Source: an uncultured Acidobacteriota bacterium (GTDB taxonomy: Bacteria > Acidobacteriota > UBA6911). From it: a stretch of DNA of 64,000 nt. The stretch is from contig CAWEJX010000001.1 of the NCBI GenBank assembly GCA_963809485.1, positions 480,001 to 544,000 of the forward strand, read 5' to 3'. The notes under the pieces were generated by a model. That model did no database searches. It was not told where the DNA came from and worked only from the letters and a program-made list of their open reading frames with translations. Positions 19,259 to 30,115 of the stretch are shown in pieces (position 1 is the first letter of the stretch; the number at the start of each line of letters is the position of its first letter). Made by a program: the position numbers and the translations under genes.

Positions 19259-20140
19259 TCAGCGCATTCGCGCGTGAGTCGAAAATTTCGGATCCCTCAA
19301 GGCTCGAAGCTTCGCCAGGTTGCGCCTGTCTTCCCGCATATCCTCGCCCTTTGGGGTTTCCAATATTTTGGGGACGTCTACAAACCGGGGATCGTTCACG
19401 AGACATCGAAACGCTTCGAGTCCCATCCGTCCTTTGCCGATGTGGGAATGCCGGTCCACACGGCTGCCGAGATCTTTCAAGCTGTCGTTGACATGGATCG
19501 CCTGGATTCTCCCGACACCAATCAGACGGTCGAATTCGTGCAGAGTCTTTTCGTAGCCCTCCCGGCTGCGTATGTCGTACCCGGCAGCAAAAACATGGCA
19601 TGTGTCCAGGCAAACGCCGGTACGTTCCGGTTTGCGCATGCGCTCGAGGATGGCAGCCAGTTCCTCAAAACGGCTCCCGAGCGAACTGCCCTGACCCGCG
19701 GTGGTTTCAAGGAGCAGTCTGACAGGCGGTCCCACCCTATCGATGGCCAGGTTCAGCGCGCGAGCCACCCGGCTGATTCCCGGCTGTACGCCGGAGCCCA
19801 GATGAGCGCCGGGGTGAAGGATAAGGCACGGCACGCCCAGGTCATTGGCGCGCCTCATCTCTTCGACAAATGCATCCAGCGATTTTCGATGCAGATCCGG
19901 ATCGGGCGACGCCAGGTTGATCAGGTAGCTGTCATGGGCCAGGACGGGGGAAATGCCGCTTTTCTCCCTGGCCTCCCGGAACAGCATTCTGTCGTCGTCT
20001 GTCAGGGTCCTGGCTTTCCACTGGTTGCTGCTCTTGAGAAAAATCTGAATGGTCCGGCAGCGCACACTGCGGCCGCGCTCAAAGGCCTTGTGCATGCCCC
20101 CGGCAATGGACATATGGGCGCCGGCCAGCAATTCTCCCAT
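19259..20140 (-). CDS. nfo: Endonuclease IV (deoxyribonuclease IV)
   Basis: GAHMSIAGG, HDSYLINLAS, HPG, LLETTAGQG, CLDTCH, HVNDS, DRH and LETP motifs. Confidence 0.93.
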   Translation of the reverse strand: MGELLAGAHMSIAGGMHKAFERGRSVRCRTIQIFLKSSNQWKARTLTDDDRMLFREAREKSGISPVLAHDSYLINLASPDPDLHRKSLDAFVEEMRRANDLGVPCLILHPGAHLGSGVQPGISRVARALNLAIDRVGPPVRLLLETTAGQGSSLGSRFEELAAILERMRKPERTGVCLDTCHVFAAGYDIRSREGYEKTLHEFDRLIGVGRIQAIHVNDSLKDLGSRVDRHSHIGKGRMGLEAFRCLVNDPRFVDVPKILETPKGEDMREDRRNLAKLRALRDPKFSTHARMR

Positions 20141-20178
20141 TCTTTATCTCAATCCCGGAAGGCGGCTGCGGGGAAAGC

Positions 20179-21435
20179 TCAGATCACCGTGCCGCTGCGA
20201 ATCAGGGCTCCCTTGGGGATAACGATAATCCCATCCCTGATGTTGTAGTTTTCGTCGTCCTTTTCCTGCAGGTTGTGCGCATTTATGATGGAGACATTGT
20301 CCCCGATCCGGGCTTCTTTGTCGATAATGGCATTGATGATGGTGCAGTGGCTCCCGATCCCCATATGCGGGATTTTCTTAGCCGAATTCTCGTCCAGCTG
20401 CTCGATGGTCTCGTAGCGATCGGCTCCGACAATAATGGAATGCTTGATCGTGGTCCCGCTGCCGATCCGGCTGCGCACACCGATAATGGAGTGCTTGATA
20501 TCCCCGCCGCCGAGGATGCAGCCATCCGCGATAATCGACTGGTGTATGGAGCAGTTGTTCAGTTTCGAGCCCGGCAGATTGCGGGGCCGGGTATATATCG
20601 GGTTCTCGAAATCGTAAAAATTGAATTTGGGCTGGGCCTCCGTCAGCTCCAGGTTCGCTTCGTAGTAGTTTCGTATGGTCCCTACATCCTCCCAGTAGCC
20701 GTCGAACTGATAGCCCATCACGCGATACCTGGCGAGGGCCTGCGGGATGAGATCCCTCCCGAAATCGACGACGGTGGATTTCGTCAAAAGATCCACAAGG
20801 AGCTGCTTGCGAAACACGTAAATTCCCATGCTGGCCAGATAATCCCGGCCATCGGAGCGCGATGCCGATCGAATCCGCGGAAGATCCTCGTGTTTGGGTT
20901 TTTCGATGAAGTCAACCGCCCGGCTATCCTGTTCGACCTTCATGATGCCCAGCCCCGGGGTTGACTCTGCAAGCACCGGTATTACGGCTACCGTGATATC
21001 CGAATCGCAGCGCTCGTGGAAATCGATGAGATGCCGGAAATCCATCTGGTACAGCTGGTCGCCGGAGAGAACCAGCACGTGGCTCACCTGCTCATAAGGA
21101 AGTATGTGCTTGATGCTTTGCCGGACCGCATCTGCCGTTCCCTGGAACCAGCTTTGATTCTCCGGTGTCTGCTCGGCGGCCAGAATCTCGACGAAACCGC
21201 CCGTGAACATATCGAACCTGTAAGTCTGCACGACATGTTTGTTGAGTGAAGCCGAATTGAACTGCGTGAGGACAAAAATCTGGTTGATCTGCGAATTCAG
21301 GCAATTGCTGATCGGTATGTCGATGAGACGGTATTTCCCGGCCAGCGGGACGGCCGGTTTGCTGCGGAATTTTGTGAGTGGATAAAGTCGCTGGCCCTGT
21401 CCGCCGCTTAATATAACTCCCAATACTTTCCGCAT
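20179..21435 (-). CDS. glgC: Glucose-1-phosphate adenylyltransferase
   Basis: GGQGQRLYPLT, KPAVPLAGKYRLIDIP, WFQGTADAV, FIEKP, ASMGIY and YWEDVGT. Confidence 0.95.
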   Translation of the reverse strand: MRKVLGVILSGGQGQRLYPLTKFRSKPAVPLAGKYRLIDIPISNCLNSQINQIFVLTQFNSASLNKHVVQTYRFDMFTGGFVEILAAEQTPENQSWFQGTADAVRQSIKHILPYEQVSHVLVLSGDQLYQMDFRHLIDFHERCDSDITVAVIPVLAESTPGLGIMKVEQDSRAVDFIEKPKHEDLPRIRSASRSDGRDYLASMGIYVFRKQLLVDLLTKSTVVDFGRDLIPQALARYRVMGYQFDGYWEDVGTIRNYYEANLELTEAQPKFNFYDFENPIYTRPRNLPGSKLNNCSIHQSIIADGCILGGGDIKHSIIGVRSRIGSGTTIKHSIIVGADRYETIEQLDENSAKKIPHMGIGSHCTIINAIIDKEARIGDNVSIINAHNLQEKDDENYNIRDGIIVIPKGALIRSGTVI

Positions 21436-21698
21436 GTTCGCCCTCCAACAGCTCGATGGTACCTGTCTCGAAAAAGGCAGAGAAAGCGCCAACGGCGATT
21501 CCTGCTATCCATGCGTCGCCTCACCGCGAAATGCCCTAACAAATGCGGATACATGAAATCACAGAGAACCAGTACCCGCCCACGAGCTTACTTAGAGGCA
21601 TGGTCAAAAGCAACAAAATGACCAAGGAATTCACACAGCGACGTCCAGCAGGCCGCCGCGCGGCTACCTTCGTATCATCGACCCCGCGATATTGCGGA

Positions 21699-22046
21699 TC
21701 AGCTTTCCGCCGGGGAAGCCGGAAATCCCTCCAGGCCTTCAAAGAAGCAGGATCGGGCCCCCGTGTGGCATGCCGGCCCTTTGGGCTGAACGCGGATCAC
21801 AATAGAGTCCTGATCGCAATCGGTCGCAATACTGACGACCTTTTGTGTGTTTCCGGAGCTTTCCCCCTTGTGCCAGAGGCACTGGCGGCTGCGGCTGTAA
21901 AAAACGGTTTCTCCCAGCTCCCGCATTCTGGCCATGCTCTCACGGCTGACGTAGGCTACGGTGAGCACTTCCCCCGAAGAGGCATCCTGCACCACTGCGG
22001 GGATCAGTCCGCTCGATCCCCATTTAAGCTCTTCTATCTTTTTCAT
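21699..22046 (-). CDS. hisI: Phosphoribosyl-AMP cyclohydrolase (monofunctional)
   Basis: C-terminal part of ORF 21699..22919: MKKIEELKW...GLIPAVVQD...[14 protein letters not shown]...DCDQD...[10 protein letters not shown]. Confidence 0.9.
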   Translation of the reverse strand: MKKIEELKWGSSGLIPAVVQDASSGEVLTVAYVSRESMARMRELGETVFYSRSRQCLWHKGESSGNTQKVVSIATDCDQDSIVIRVQPKGPACHTGARSCFFEGLEGFPASPAES

Positions 22047-22861
22047 TCTCCACTCTCGCTTGAATGCTGCACATAATCCGCTCCTTCGACCAGGCGCACG
22101 GGGATCCCTCGCCCCTGCAGAAACCTCTTGGCTTCCATGATCGTGTGATGGCCAAAATGGAAGATGGAAGCAGCCAGCGCCGCGCTCGCTTTGCCCTCGA
22201 TAAAGGCGTCGGCGATATGCTGCAGGGACCCGCACCCCCCGGAAGCAATGACGGGTATCCCAACCGCATCCGCCACCCTCCGGTTCAATAGATTGTCGTA
22301 GCCCGATTGAGTGCCGTCGCAATCCATGGAAGTGAGCAGGATTTCGCCGGCACCGCGTTCCGCAGCCTCCCGCGCCCAGGCCACGGCTTCCAGCGGCCGC
22401 ACGATTCGCCCTCCGTGCGTGGTCACTTCCCAGCGCGGCGATTCCGGGTTCCACGGCCGCGTGCGCCTCGCGTCGATGGCCACTACGATGCACTGCGATC
22501 CAAAATACCGGGAAGCTTCGGCGATGAAGCCGGGATTCCCGACAGCCGAGGTATTGAGAGACACCTTGTCGGCGCCCGATCTCAGGATGCTCTGGATGTC
22601 CTCGAGGGTGCGCAGACCGCCGCCCACCGTAAAAGGAATGAAGACCGCATCGGCAACGGCGCTCACCATGCGCGTGACGATGTCTCTGCGGTCGGAGGAC
22701 GCCGTAATATCCAGGAAAATAAGTTCGTCGGCCCCTTCTGCATCGTATCTTGCAGCCGTTTCCACCGGGTCCCCGGCATCCCTCAGGTTGACGAAGTGCG
22801 TGCCTTTGACCACGCGCCCGTCGCGCACATCCAGGCAGGGTATGATTCTTTTCGCGAGCAT
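22043..22861 (-). CDS. hisF: Imidazole glycerol phosphate synthase cyclase subunit
   Basis: [36 protein letters not shown] and ASIFHF. Confidence 0.96.
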   Translation of the reverse strand: MLAKRIIPCLDVRDGRVVKGTHFVNLRDAGDPVETAARYDAEGADELIFLDITASSDRRDIVTRMVSAVADAVFIPFTVGGGLRTLEDIQSILRSGADKVSLNTSAVGNPGFIAEASRYFGSQCIVVAIDARRTRPWNPESPRWEVTTHGGRIVRPLEAVAWAREAAERGAGEILLTSMDCDGTQSGYDNLLNRRVADAVGIPVIASGGCGSLQHIADAFIEGKASAALAASIFHFGHHTIMEAKRFLQGRGIPVRLVEGADYVQHSSESGE

Positions 22862-22866
22862 CTCTT

Positions 22867-23619
22867 TTAAACCTTGGGCTCCCAGGAAAGCATTTTCTTA
22901 CGCAGATCGCCGAAATCAAGCTTCCTGTCGTATAGGGCCCGTCCGAGGATCACGCCCTCGATCCCGCACGTACGCCGCTCCCAGAGTTCCCGGACATCCT
23001 CGATCCCGGAAACCCCGCCGCTGGCGATCACCCGCATCCCCGATTTGAGGCAGAGGTTCTCTGTTTCTTCAACATTTACCCCACGCAGCATCCCGTCACG
23101 CGCAACATCGGTATAAATCACCCGTCGAACGCCGAGGTTTTTCATTCGCAGGGCGAGGTCCACAGCCGTTAACGCCGTCACATCGGTCCATCCCCGCAGA
23201 GCCACTTTCCCGCTGCGCGCGTCGATTCCGACGACGATGGAGTCCGGGTGCAGCCGGACGGCTTCTTCGACGATTTCGGGATGCTCCGCCGCGACGGTCC
23301 CCAGGATAGCCCGCTCCGCTCCAAGAGCCAGGATCTCTTCAATCTGGTCCAGTGTGCGCAGCCCGCCGCCGAACTCGACCGGGATCTTCAGCGACCGGAA
23401 AATGGACTTGGCGATCTCTCGATGCGCCGTCTGCCCTGAGAAGGCTCCGTCCAGATCCACCAGATGCAGCCGCGTCGCTCCCTGTGCTTCCCAGTGAAGC
23501 GCCATCGCTATCGGGTCGTCGCTATATTCCGTCGACCGCGAGGCAATACCTTCCTGCAATCGGACGCATTTGCCTCCCTTGAGATCCACCGCGGGTATCA
23601 GTTCGAAAGCTTCTGTCAT
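22867..23619 (-). CDS. hisA: ProFAR isomerase
   Basis: [35 protein letters not shown] and ASGGV. Confidence 0.95.
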   Translation of the reverse strand: MTEAFELIPAVDLKGGKCVRLQEGIASRSTEYSDDPIAMALHWEAQGATRLHLVDLDGAFSGQTAHREIAKSIFRSLKIPVEFGGGLRTLDQIEEILALGAERAILGTVAAEHPEIVEEAVRLHPDSIVVGIDARSGKVALRGWTDVTALTAVDLALRMKNLGVRRVIYTDVARDGMLRGVNVEETENLCLKSGMRVIASGGVSGIEDVRELWERRTCGIEGVILGRALYDRKLDFGDLRKKMLSWEPKV

Positions 23620-23721
23620 CAATCACTCCAGCGTGCTCCCCTCGATTCAACTCAGGACCGCGAAGCCAAAGCACAGTCATGCCGGCTCATGCCCCGGGAT
23701 CCTACGGGCAACCCACGGCTT

Positions 23722-24342
23722 TCATTGGATGGACAGGAAATTGCGGAGGAGGCGTCTCCCCGCTTCCTGGCTCTTCTCTGGATGAAACTGAGCCCCCCAC
23801 GTTTTGTTCCGGCAGGCGATCGAGCAGAAACGATGGCCGTAGCTTGTCCAGCACAGAACGTCTTCCGGCCTCCCGGGCTCCACATAGTAGGAATGCACGA
23901 AATAAAAATAGCTCCCATCCGGTATGCCTTGGAGCAATGGATCGGGCCGGCCCTCCTCGATCTGGTTCCATCCCACATGGGGCACGCGCAATCCCGGCTC
24001 TTCAAACCTGCGGACTCTGCCCGGGATCAAATCGAGCCCCTGATGGCTTCCGAATTCTTCGCTTTCCGTAAAAAGCAACTGGAGCCCCAGGCATAGCCCC
24101 AGCAGCGGCTTGCCCGCGTTCACCGCATCGCATATGGCGCGGTCCAGCCCGTGGTTCCTCAGATTAACCATAGCATCGCCGAACGCACCCACGCCGGGCA
24201 GAATCAGCCGATCCGCACCGCGGATTGAATCCGGGTCCCGGTCGATAACGGGCAAGCCGCCCACCGCCGCCACAGCTTTTTCAACGCTGCGGAGGTTCCC
24301 CATTCCGTAGTCGATGATGACGGTTCGAGAAGCATCCACCAA
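23722..24342 (-). CDS. hisH: Imidazole glycerol phosphate synthase glutamine amidotransferase
   Basis: IDYGMGNLRSV, LPGVGAF, CLGLQ, PHVGWN, YFVHSY and QFHPEKS. Confidence 0.95.
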   Translation of the reverse strand: MVDASRTVIIDYGMGNLRSVEKAVAAVGGLPVIDRDPDSIRGADRLILPGVGAFGDAMVNLRNHGLDRAICDAVNAGKPLLGLCLGLQLLFTESEEFGSHQGLDLIPGRVRRFEEPGLRVPHVGWNQIEEGRPDPLLQGIPDGSYFYFVHSYYVEPGRPEDVLCWTSYGHRFCSIACRNKTWGAQFHPEKSQEAGRRLLRNFLSIQ

Positions 24343-24343
24343 G

Positions 24344-24934
24344 CTAAATCACCCCTTTGGTTGACGGCACGCCTTCGACCCGCGAGTCGATGCGTGTCGC
24401 AAGGCTGAAAGCGCGCGCTGCGGCTTTGAATAAGGCCTCAAAAATATGATGGGTGTTCCGTCCATAGAGCAGCTCGATATGCAGGTTCAACCGGCCGTGG
24501 GCCACAACCGCCCTCCAGAATTCCTCGATCAGCTCGGAATCCAGTTCGCCGACGCGCTCCCTCTGCGCCTTCACGTTGTAGACCAGAAAAGGCCGGCCCG
24601 AGAGATCCACCGCGACGCGGACCAGGGCTTCATCCATCGGGAAATACGCATGCGCGAACCGCGCCAGCCCCTTCTTGTCTCCAAGCGCCTTGTCCAGGGC
24701 CGAACCCAGGCAGATGCCTATGTCCTCGACCGAGTGGTGCGCGTCGATCCCAAGGTCTCCCTTGCAGCGGACATCAAGATCGAAGAGGCCGTGCTTGGCA
24801 AAAAGGCCGAGCATGTGGTCCAGGAACTGTACGCCTGTATGCACCTCGCTCCGCCCGTTTCCGTCAAGGCCCAGGGTGACGGCGATATCCGTCTCGTTTG
24901 TCTTCCGGTTTATGGTGGCTGTTCGTCCGTTCAT
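24344..24934 (-). CDS. hisB: Imidazoleglycerol-phosphate dehydratase
   Basis: RKTNET, FLDHML, DAHHSVED, PMDEAL, NTHHIFEA and PSTKG. Confidence 0.96.
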   Translation of the reverse strand: MNGRTATINRKTNETDIAVTLGLDGNGRSEVHTGVQFLDHMLGLFAKHGLFDLDVRCKGDLGIDAHHSVEDIGICLGSALDKALGDKKGLARFAHAYFPMDEALVRVAVDLSGRPFLVYNVKAQRERVGELDSELIEEFWRAVVAHGRLNLHIELLYGRNTHHIFEALFKAAARAFSLATRIDSRVEGVPSTKGVI

Positions 24935-24967
24935 AGTGGTTCCCGAGCGCCTGCGCGCTTCCCATTC

Positions 24968-26041
24968 CTAGCCAAGGCTGGCGCGCAACGCGGAAAGTAA
25001 TCGATCGTTTTCCTTCCGTGTGCCTACGCTGATACGCAGGCACTGCGAAAGCATCGGATAGGAAGAAACATCCCGTATCAGGATTCCCTGTCGGTACAGG
25101 TCATCGAAAAGAGCCCTGGGGGAGACCTGGACCTCGATGAGGAAAAAATTGGCTTCCGAGGAATACACCTTCAAGCCGGGGATGCGGCCGAGTTCTTCTC
25201 CGAGGCGCTTCCTTTCATCGAGGACCGCCTCGATCGCGGGGCGGAACCGTTCCGGGTTTTCCAGCGCCACCTCGGCCGCGGTCAGGCTGAACTGGTTGAC
25301 ATTGTAGGGGAGCTTCGCCTTGGAAATCTGTTCGGCCAGATCCGCGTGGGCGAGGAGGTACCCCACCCTCAGCCCCGCCATTCCCATCGCCTTGGAGAAA
25401 GTCCGAGTGATTATAAGCCTCGGGTACTCTTTAAGCAGATTTAGGGCCGTGCGGCCGTGAAACTCGTAGTAGGCCTCGTCCAGAAGAACGTGGCCCGCGA
25501 ACCGCTCCAGGATCCGCCGCAGGCCGTCCTGCGGCAGCACCGTTCCGGTCGGATTGTTGGGCGTGTTCACGATGAGGACTCGGGCGCCGGCTTCGCCGGA
25601 TTTTGAGATGAGGGCGTCGACATTGTAGCTCATATCCGGATTGAGCGGGATGCCGACGACCTGGGCGCCCAGAACAGTCGAGATCAGGCTGTAGACCGTA
25701 AAGGTCGGATAGGGAATCGCCACTCGCGACCTCGGCCTGATCAGCACCATCAGCGAGGCCTGCAATAGCTCGTTGGATCCGTTGCCGACCAGGACTCCGT
25801 CCTTTTGCCAGCCGGCAAACTCCGCCAGACGCTGACGGAGCGAATCCGGAACAAAATCCGGGTAGCGCGACCACTGCCGTTCCTTATAGCGCCGGAAGGT
25901 TTCCTCCTTGAGGTCTTCCGGAAAATCGAAGGGATTCTCATTCTGGTTCAGCTTGATTTCCGCTTCGTGCGCCCGCAGCGTGTACGCCGGCACCTTCAGA
26001 ACCTGAGATTTTACGCCATAGAGAGGGGAATTCCTTTTCAC
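24968..26041 (-). CDS. hisC: Histidinol-phosphate aminotransferase
   Basis: KLNQNENP, GNGSNE, PNNPTG, DEAY and RTFSKAMGMAGLRVG. Confidence 0.93.
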   Translation of the reverse strand: MKRNSPLYGVKSQVLKVPAYTLRAHEAEIKLNQNENPFDFPEDLKEETFRRYKERQWSRYPDFVPDSLRQRLAEFAGWQKDGVLVGNGSNELLQASLMVLIRPRSRVAIPYPTFTVYSLISTVLGAQVVGIPLNPDMSYNVDALISKSGEAGARVLIVNTPNNPTGTVLPQDGLRRILERFAGHVLLDEAYYEFHGRTALNLLKEYPRLIITRTFSKAMGMAGLRVGYLLAHADLAEQISKAKLPYNVNQFSLTAAEVALENPERFRPAIEAVLDERKRLGEELGRIPGLKVYSSEANFFLIEVQVSPRALFDDLYRQGILIRDVSSYPMLSQCLRISVGTRKENDRLLSALRASLG

Positions 26042-27354
26042 GGCTGGACACCCCTGCGCGATCTGGATTTTGGGAATTTCTGCCGGATGCGCACCGATTG
26101 GGCATGCGCGTCCAGGCCTTCGGCGCGCGCCAGGGCGTCGATGGATTTCCAGGTACGGGACAGTTCCTCCTTCGTATAGCGGATGATGCCCGTCCTGCGC
26201 TGGAAATGGTAGACGCCAAGCGGCGAGTAGAAGCGTGCCGTCCCTCCGGTAGGAAGGACATGATTGCTGCCGGCGAAATAATCCCCGACCGCTTCCGGGG
26301 AATAGTCCCCGTAGAATATGGATCCGGCGTTCCGCACCTTATCCATGGCCGACACAGGCACGCTCGAAAAAATTTCCAGGTGTTCCGGAGCAATCTCATT
26401 GATCCAGTGGGCAGCTTCCAGATAGCTCTCCATAACGACAATTGCGCCGTAGTTTTCCAGAGATTTCTGCGCAATTTCCCTGCGCTGCAGCGATTTCAAC
26501 TGCGCTTCCATTTCGCGCCGCACCATCATGGCGTGGGGAAGAGAATCCGTGAAGCAGATGGAGCAGGCCGCTTCGTCGTGCTCGGCCTGCGAAAGCATGT
26601 CGGCCGCAATGAAGCGAGGATTGGATTCGGCCGTGGCAAGGATGACCACTTCGCTGGGCCCGGCGATCATATCGATATCGACTTGCCCGATAACCTCGCG
26701 TTTGGCTGCAGTCACGTAGGCATTGCCCGGGCCGACTATTTTGTCGACGCGGGGGATGGTTTCAGTGCCAAAAGCAAGAGCGGCTATGGCCTGGGCTCCT
26801 CCGGCCAGGTAAACCTCGGTCGCATTGAGTTCGCGCAAAGCTGCCGCAATAATGGGATGCTGCTGGAAGGTGCCCGGCGGCGTCACCACCACGATGCGGC
26901 GGACACCGGCAATCTTGGCCGGAATTATATTCATTAATACGGTGGAAGGATAGGCTGCCTTACCCCCCGGCACGTACACTCCCACGCTATCCAGGGGCAG
27001 TATCCTCTGTCCCAACACGACTCCTCGCTTGCTGTATTCCCAGGATTTCTGCACTTCCCTTGCATGATAGGCGTGGATGTTGAAGATAGCCTTTTCCAGG
27101 TCCCGCAGGAGATCCGGATCAGCTTTCTTTGCTTCCGCGCGAAGCATTTGCGGCCGGACTCGCATTTGCCCGGCTGTCATCTTGATCCTGTCAAACCGTT
27201 CTGTAAATTTCAGGAGAGCCTTGTCCCCTTCCCGGCGCACCTGAGAGATGATTTCCCGCACCGTGCCGGCTATTTCGCTGGACACAAGGAATTTCCGGCT
27301 TTCCAGGCGGGAGAATAGTTTGGCTTTGTCTTTTTCTTGAAAAATCTGAATCAT
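26038..27354 (-). CDS. hisD: Histidinol dehydrogenase
   Basis: YVPGGKAAYPS, GGAQAIAALA, IVGPGNAYV, DMIAGPSE, QAEHD, APEHL and GDYFAGSNHVLPT. ATG at 27354. Confidence 0.95.
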   Translation of the reverse strand: MIQIFQEKDKAKLFSRLESRKFLVSSEIAGTVREIISQVRREGDKALLKFTERFDRIKMTAGQMRVRPQMLRAEAKKADPDLLRDLEKAIFNIHAYHAREVQKSWEYSKRGVVLGQRILPLDSVGVYVPGGKAAYPSTVLMNIIPAKIAGVRRIVVVTPPGTFQQHPIIAAALRELNATEVYLAGGAQAIAALAFGTETIPRVDKIVGPGNAYVTAAKREVIGQVDIDMIAGPSEVVILATAESNPRFIAADMLSQAEHDEAACSICFTDSLPHAMMVRREMEAQLKSLQRREIAQKSLENYGAIVVMESYLEAAHWINEIAPEHLEIFSSVPVSAMDKVRNAGSIFYGDYSPEAVGDYFAGSNHVLPTGGTARFYSPLGVYHFQRRTGIIRYTKEELSRTWKSIDALARAEGLDAHAQSVRIRQKFPKSRSRRGVQP

Positions 27355-27467
27355 GCCTGAACCTTTATTATCGAATGACGAATCTCCAATTTGGGCAATT
27401 TCCCGATGGCAACCTTCTTGCCACCACGGATCGATCTCCGGATCGGGATGACCACGGACATCCAGCC

Positions 27468-28808
27468 TCAATCAGTGATTGCTTCGTCGATGCCTTTCCC
27501 GGACATCAAAGCCTCGATTTCAACGATTTCCTTCGGCACTTCGCCGGTGAGGATCTCATATCCGTTTTTTTTCACCAGAACGGTATCCTCGATGCGGATC
27601 CCGAGGTTTTTTCCCGGCATGTATACGCCGGGTTCTACCGTAATAACAACGCCCGGCTCGAAGGGTTGCGCTTCCCCTACATCATGGGTGGACATCCCTA
27701 CGTAATGACTTACGCCGTGGGTCAGCAGATCGGCGTAACCGTGCCGGCCAAGCACTTCCCTCACCGCCTCGCCGAGAGAGGCAAAGGTTGCGCCGGGACG
27801 GATTCTTTGAAGCGCAGCCTTCTGAGCATCGAGGACAACCTGATAGATCCGGGCCTGTTCTTCACTGAACTTGCCCGAAACCGGGAAGGATCGCGTGATA
27901 TCAGACTGGTAATACCGGTAGTCCGCTCCGAAGTCCATGACCACGACATCGCCCTCCGCCATTTTGCGTCCGTTCTTATTGTAATGCAAAAGACACGAGT
28001 TGGGTCCTGAACCCACGATCGGGAAAAACGCCGGTCCCTGTGCGCCGCGCCACGAAAAAATAAACTGCGCCAAGGCCGCCAACTGAAATTCGTACATGCC
28101 CGGCCTGGCGGAGCGCATGGCTTCCTTCAAACCCTTCGCCCCGATGCGCCCGGCCTCCCGCAGGCGATCGACCTCCTGAGCATCCTTCACACGCCGCATT
28201 TCATCCAGGATCGGGGAAAGGTCCTTGATGCGGACCGAAGCGCCAAGCCTTGCCTGAAGGCTTTTTTCAAACGCTTCCTGCCGGCTGATTCGTCCGTCCC
28301 AGATGTCAGTCTGCCGTGCGGAGTCATGCTGCAGAGCCCTATCCCGGCTGGTTGCCGCCGTTTCCCCAGGCGAAAGGGGAGAGTATAAAATGCGAAGCGT
28401 CTCCTTGCGTTTTTCCAGCTCATCTCCGAAACGCGACAATTCGAGAACTTCATCGATGCCGGTTTCCCTGCGTGCCTCCGGTCCGGCAAAGAAATCGGGA
28501 CCCTCCCATCGCTCAGTATCACGGTTCCGGGGAGGCAGAAACAGGATGGATTGGTGTTTCCCCCCATCGATCAGCAGAAGAGCGTTGGGGGTTTCCACAC
28601 CCGTGAGAAAATAAAAGCTGTTATCCTGCCGGAACGAGGCATAGGCGCGCGTATCAGGCGCTCCTGCCAGAACCGCCACGGATCCTTCGATACGCTTCAT
28701 CAGCGATTCGCGTCTCGCCGCAAAGAACGAATTATCGTCCGGGTAGACGTGGGCCGCCTGCAGGAACAGATACCCTATTATTATGGCCCTGAATGCGGCT
28801 CCCGGCAT
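27468..28808 (-). CDS. Xaa-Pro aminopeptidase (M24B), probably exported
   Basis: AMP_N domain (FRQDNSFYFLTG), LHY, D.GA...SDITR, HGVSHYVGMSTHD, EPG and GIRIED, with a hydrophobic N-terminus. Confidence 0.88.
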   Translation of the reverse strand: MPGAAFRAIIIGYLFLQAAHVYPDDNSFFAARRESLMKRIEGSVAVLAGAPDTRAYASFRQDNSFYFLTGVETPNALLLIDGGKHQSILFLPPRNRDTERWEGPDFFAGPEARRETGIDEVLELSRFGDELEKRKETLRILYSPLSPGETAATSRDRALQHDSARQTDIWDGRISRQEAFEKSLQARLGASVRIKDLSPILDEMRRVKDAQEVDRLREAGRIGAKGLKEAMRSARPGMYEFQLAALAQFIFSWRGAQGPAFFPIVGSGPNSCLLHYNKNGRKMAEGDVVVMDFGADYRYYQSDITRSFPVSGKFSEEQARIYQVVLDAQKAALQRIRPGATFASLGEAVREVLGRHGYADLLTHGVSHYVGMSTHDVGEAQPFEPGVVITVEPGVYMPGKNLGIRIEDTVLVKKNGYEILTGEVPKEIVEIEALMSGKGIDEAITD

Positions 28809-28909
28809 TCCTTCTCCCTATGATCAAATTTTTAATAATAACATCAAGCCTGCAATGAATGCGCGCGAAAAGACAAAGCTGAGTCCATTCAGGACAGCCC
28901 GCGCCGCCT

Positions 28910-30100
28910 TTACTCTTTTCCCGACTTCTTTGCAGATACGAGTGTGGCGCGCGTAATGGCCCGATCGCCGAATCTTTGGGCAATGTCATCCAGCGCTGCT
29001 GCAAGTTTCCGGTCCTTGTGGGAAACCGGCTCGAACAGGGACATCTGCGTATCTTCGGTGCCGAACTCCAGGTTACTGGCATACACGCCGATAAGCCGGA
29101 CCAGGATGCCCTCGTGCAGGAGGGACTTCATTAGTTTTCGCGCAACGGGGCAAATTTTTTCCGATGTGTCCACGGATCCGTTTAGCGTAGTCCGCCGGGT
29201 GAAAGTTGAGAAGTCCGCTTCGCGAAACTTTATGGCGACAGTCCGCGCCCGGACCCCCTGAGCTCGAAGCCTTCGAGCCACCCTTTCGGATAGATCCAGC
29301 AGCGTCCTGTCCAGCAGCGCCTGGTCGGCGGTGTCCGACTCGAATGTGATTTCATGCCCGATGGACTTGAATCCATCCTCGGGGACGACATCGCGTTCAT
29401 CGATCCCCCGTGAAAGCTGCCAGAGGTGGGATCCGACCTTCCCGAGCCGCGAGGACAATTCGCTCAATTCCATGTCCGCAAGCTGGCCGATCCGTTCCAG
29501 TCCCATGTTTTTCAGGCCTGCTTCGGTTTTGGGCCCGACCCCCCACAACCGGCCTATGGGGAGTGGCGACAAAAACTCCCTCTCACTGCCGGGAGTCACG
29601 ACAACCAGTCCATCCGGTTTTTTTAAATCGGAGGCTATTTTCGCGATAAATTTATTTCCCGCAACTCCGACGGATGCCGTCAATTGCAGTTCATCCCTAA
29701 TCCTGGACTTGATTCTTTGTGCAATCTCCGGCCCTGCACCAAACAGCTTTGCGCTCCCGGTAACATCCATGAAGGCTTCATCAATGCTTACCTGTTCCAG
29801 CATGTCTGTAAAATCAAGCAGAATGCTCATGACGCATGAGGAAGCGCGGGCGTATTTTCCCATGTCGGGCCGCACATAAATGCCCTGCGGACACAGTTTC
29901 CAGGCCCGCGATATGGGCTGTGCGGAATGGACGCCGAACTTCCGCGCCTCATAGGAGCAGGTCGCCACGATTCCGCGACCTTTGCCTTGCCTGGGATCCG
30001 AGCCTACAATAACCGGCTTACCCCTGAGTTCGGCATGATCCCTCTGCTCCACTGCCGCATAGAAGGCATCCATGTCGACGTGCAGAATCGTCCGGCCCAC
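28910..30100 (-). CDS. dinB: DNA polymerase IV (catalytically intact Y-family)
   Basis: HVDMDAFYAAVE, SYEARKFGV, SIDEAFMD, AKIASD.KKPDG and WGVG. Confidence 0.95.
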   Translation of the reverse strand: MGRTILHVDMDAFYAAVEQRDHAELRGKPVIVGSDPRQGKGRGIVATCSYEARKFGVHSAQPISRAWKLCPQGIYVRPDMGKYARASSCVMSILLDFTDMLEQVSIDEAFMDVTGSAKLFGAGPEIAQRIKSRIRDELQLTASVGVAGNKFIAKIASDLKKPDGLVVVTPGSEREFLSPLPIGRLWGVGPKTEAGLKNMGLERIGQLADMELSELSSRLGKVGSHLWQLSRGIDERDVVPEDGFKSIGHEITFESDTADQALLDRTLLDLSERVARRLRAQGVRARTVAIKFREADFSTFTRRTTLNGSVDTSEKICPVARKLMKSLLHEGILVRLIGVYASNLEFGTEDTQMSLFEPVSHKDRKLAAALDDIAQRFGDRAITRATLVSAKKSGKE

Positions 30101-30115
30101 CGCAGCCCCCAGACA

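Noticed and set aside
18728-20248. 506-aa ORF as a permease fusion protein
   Set aside because: Produced by a frameshift near 19120 that runs the permease into the antisense strand of nfo.
21699-22919. 406-aa HisI with a long N-terminal extension
   Set aside because: The extension is an alternative frame overlapping hisF. The real hisI starts at 22046.
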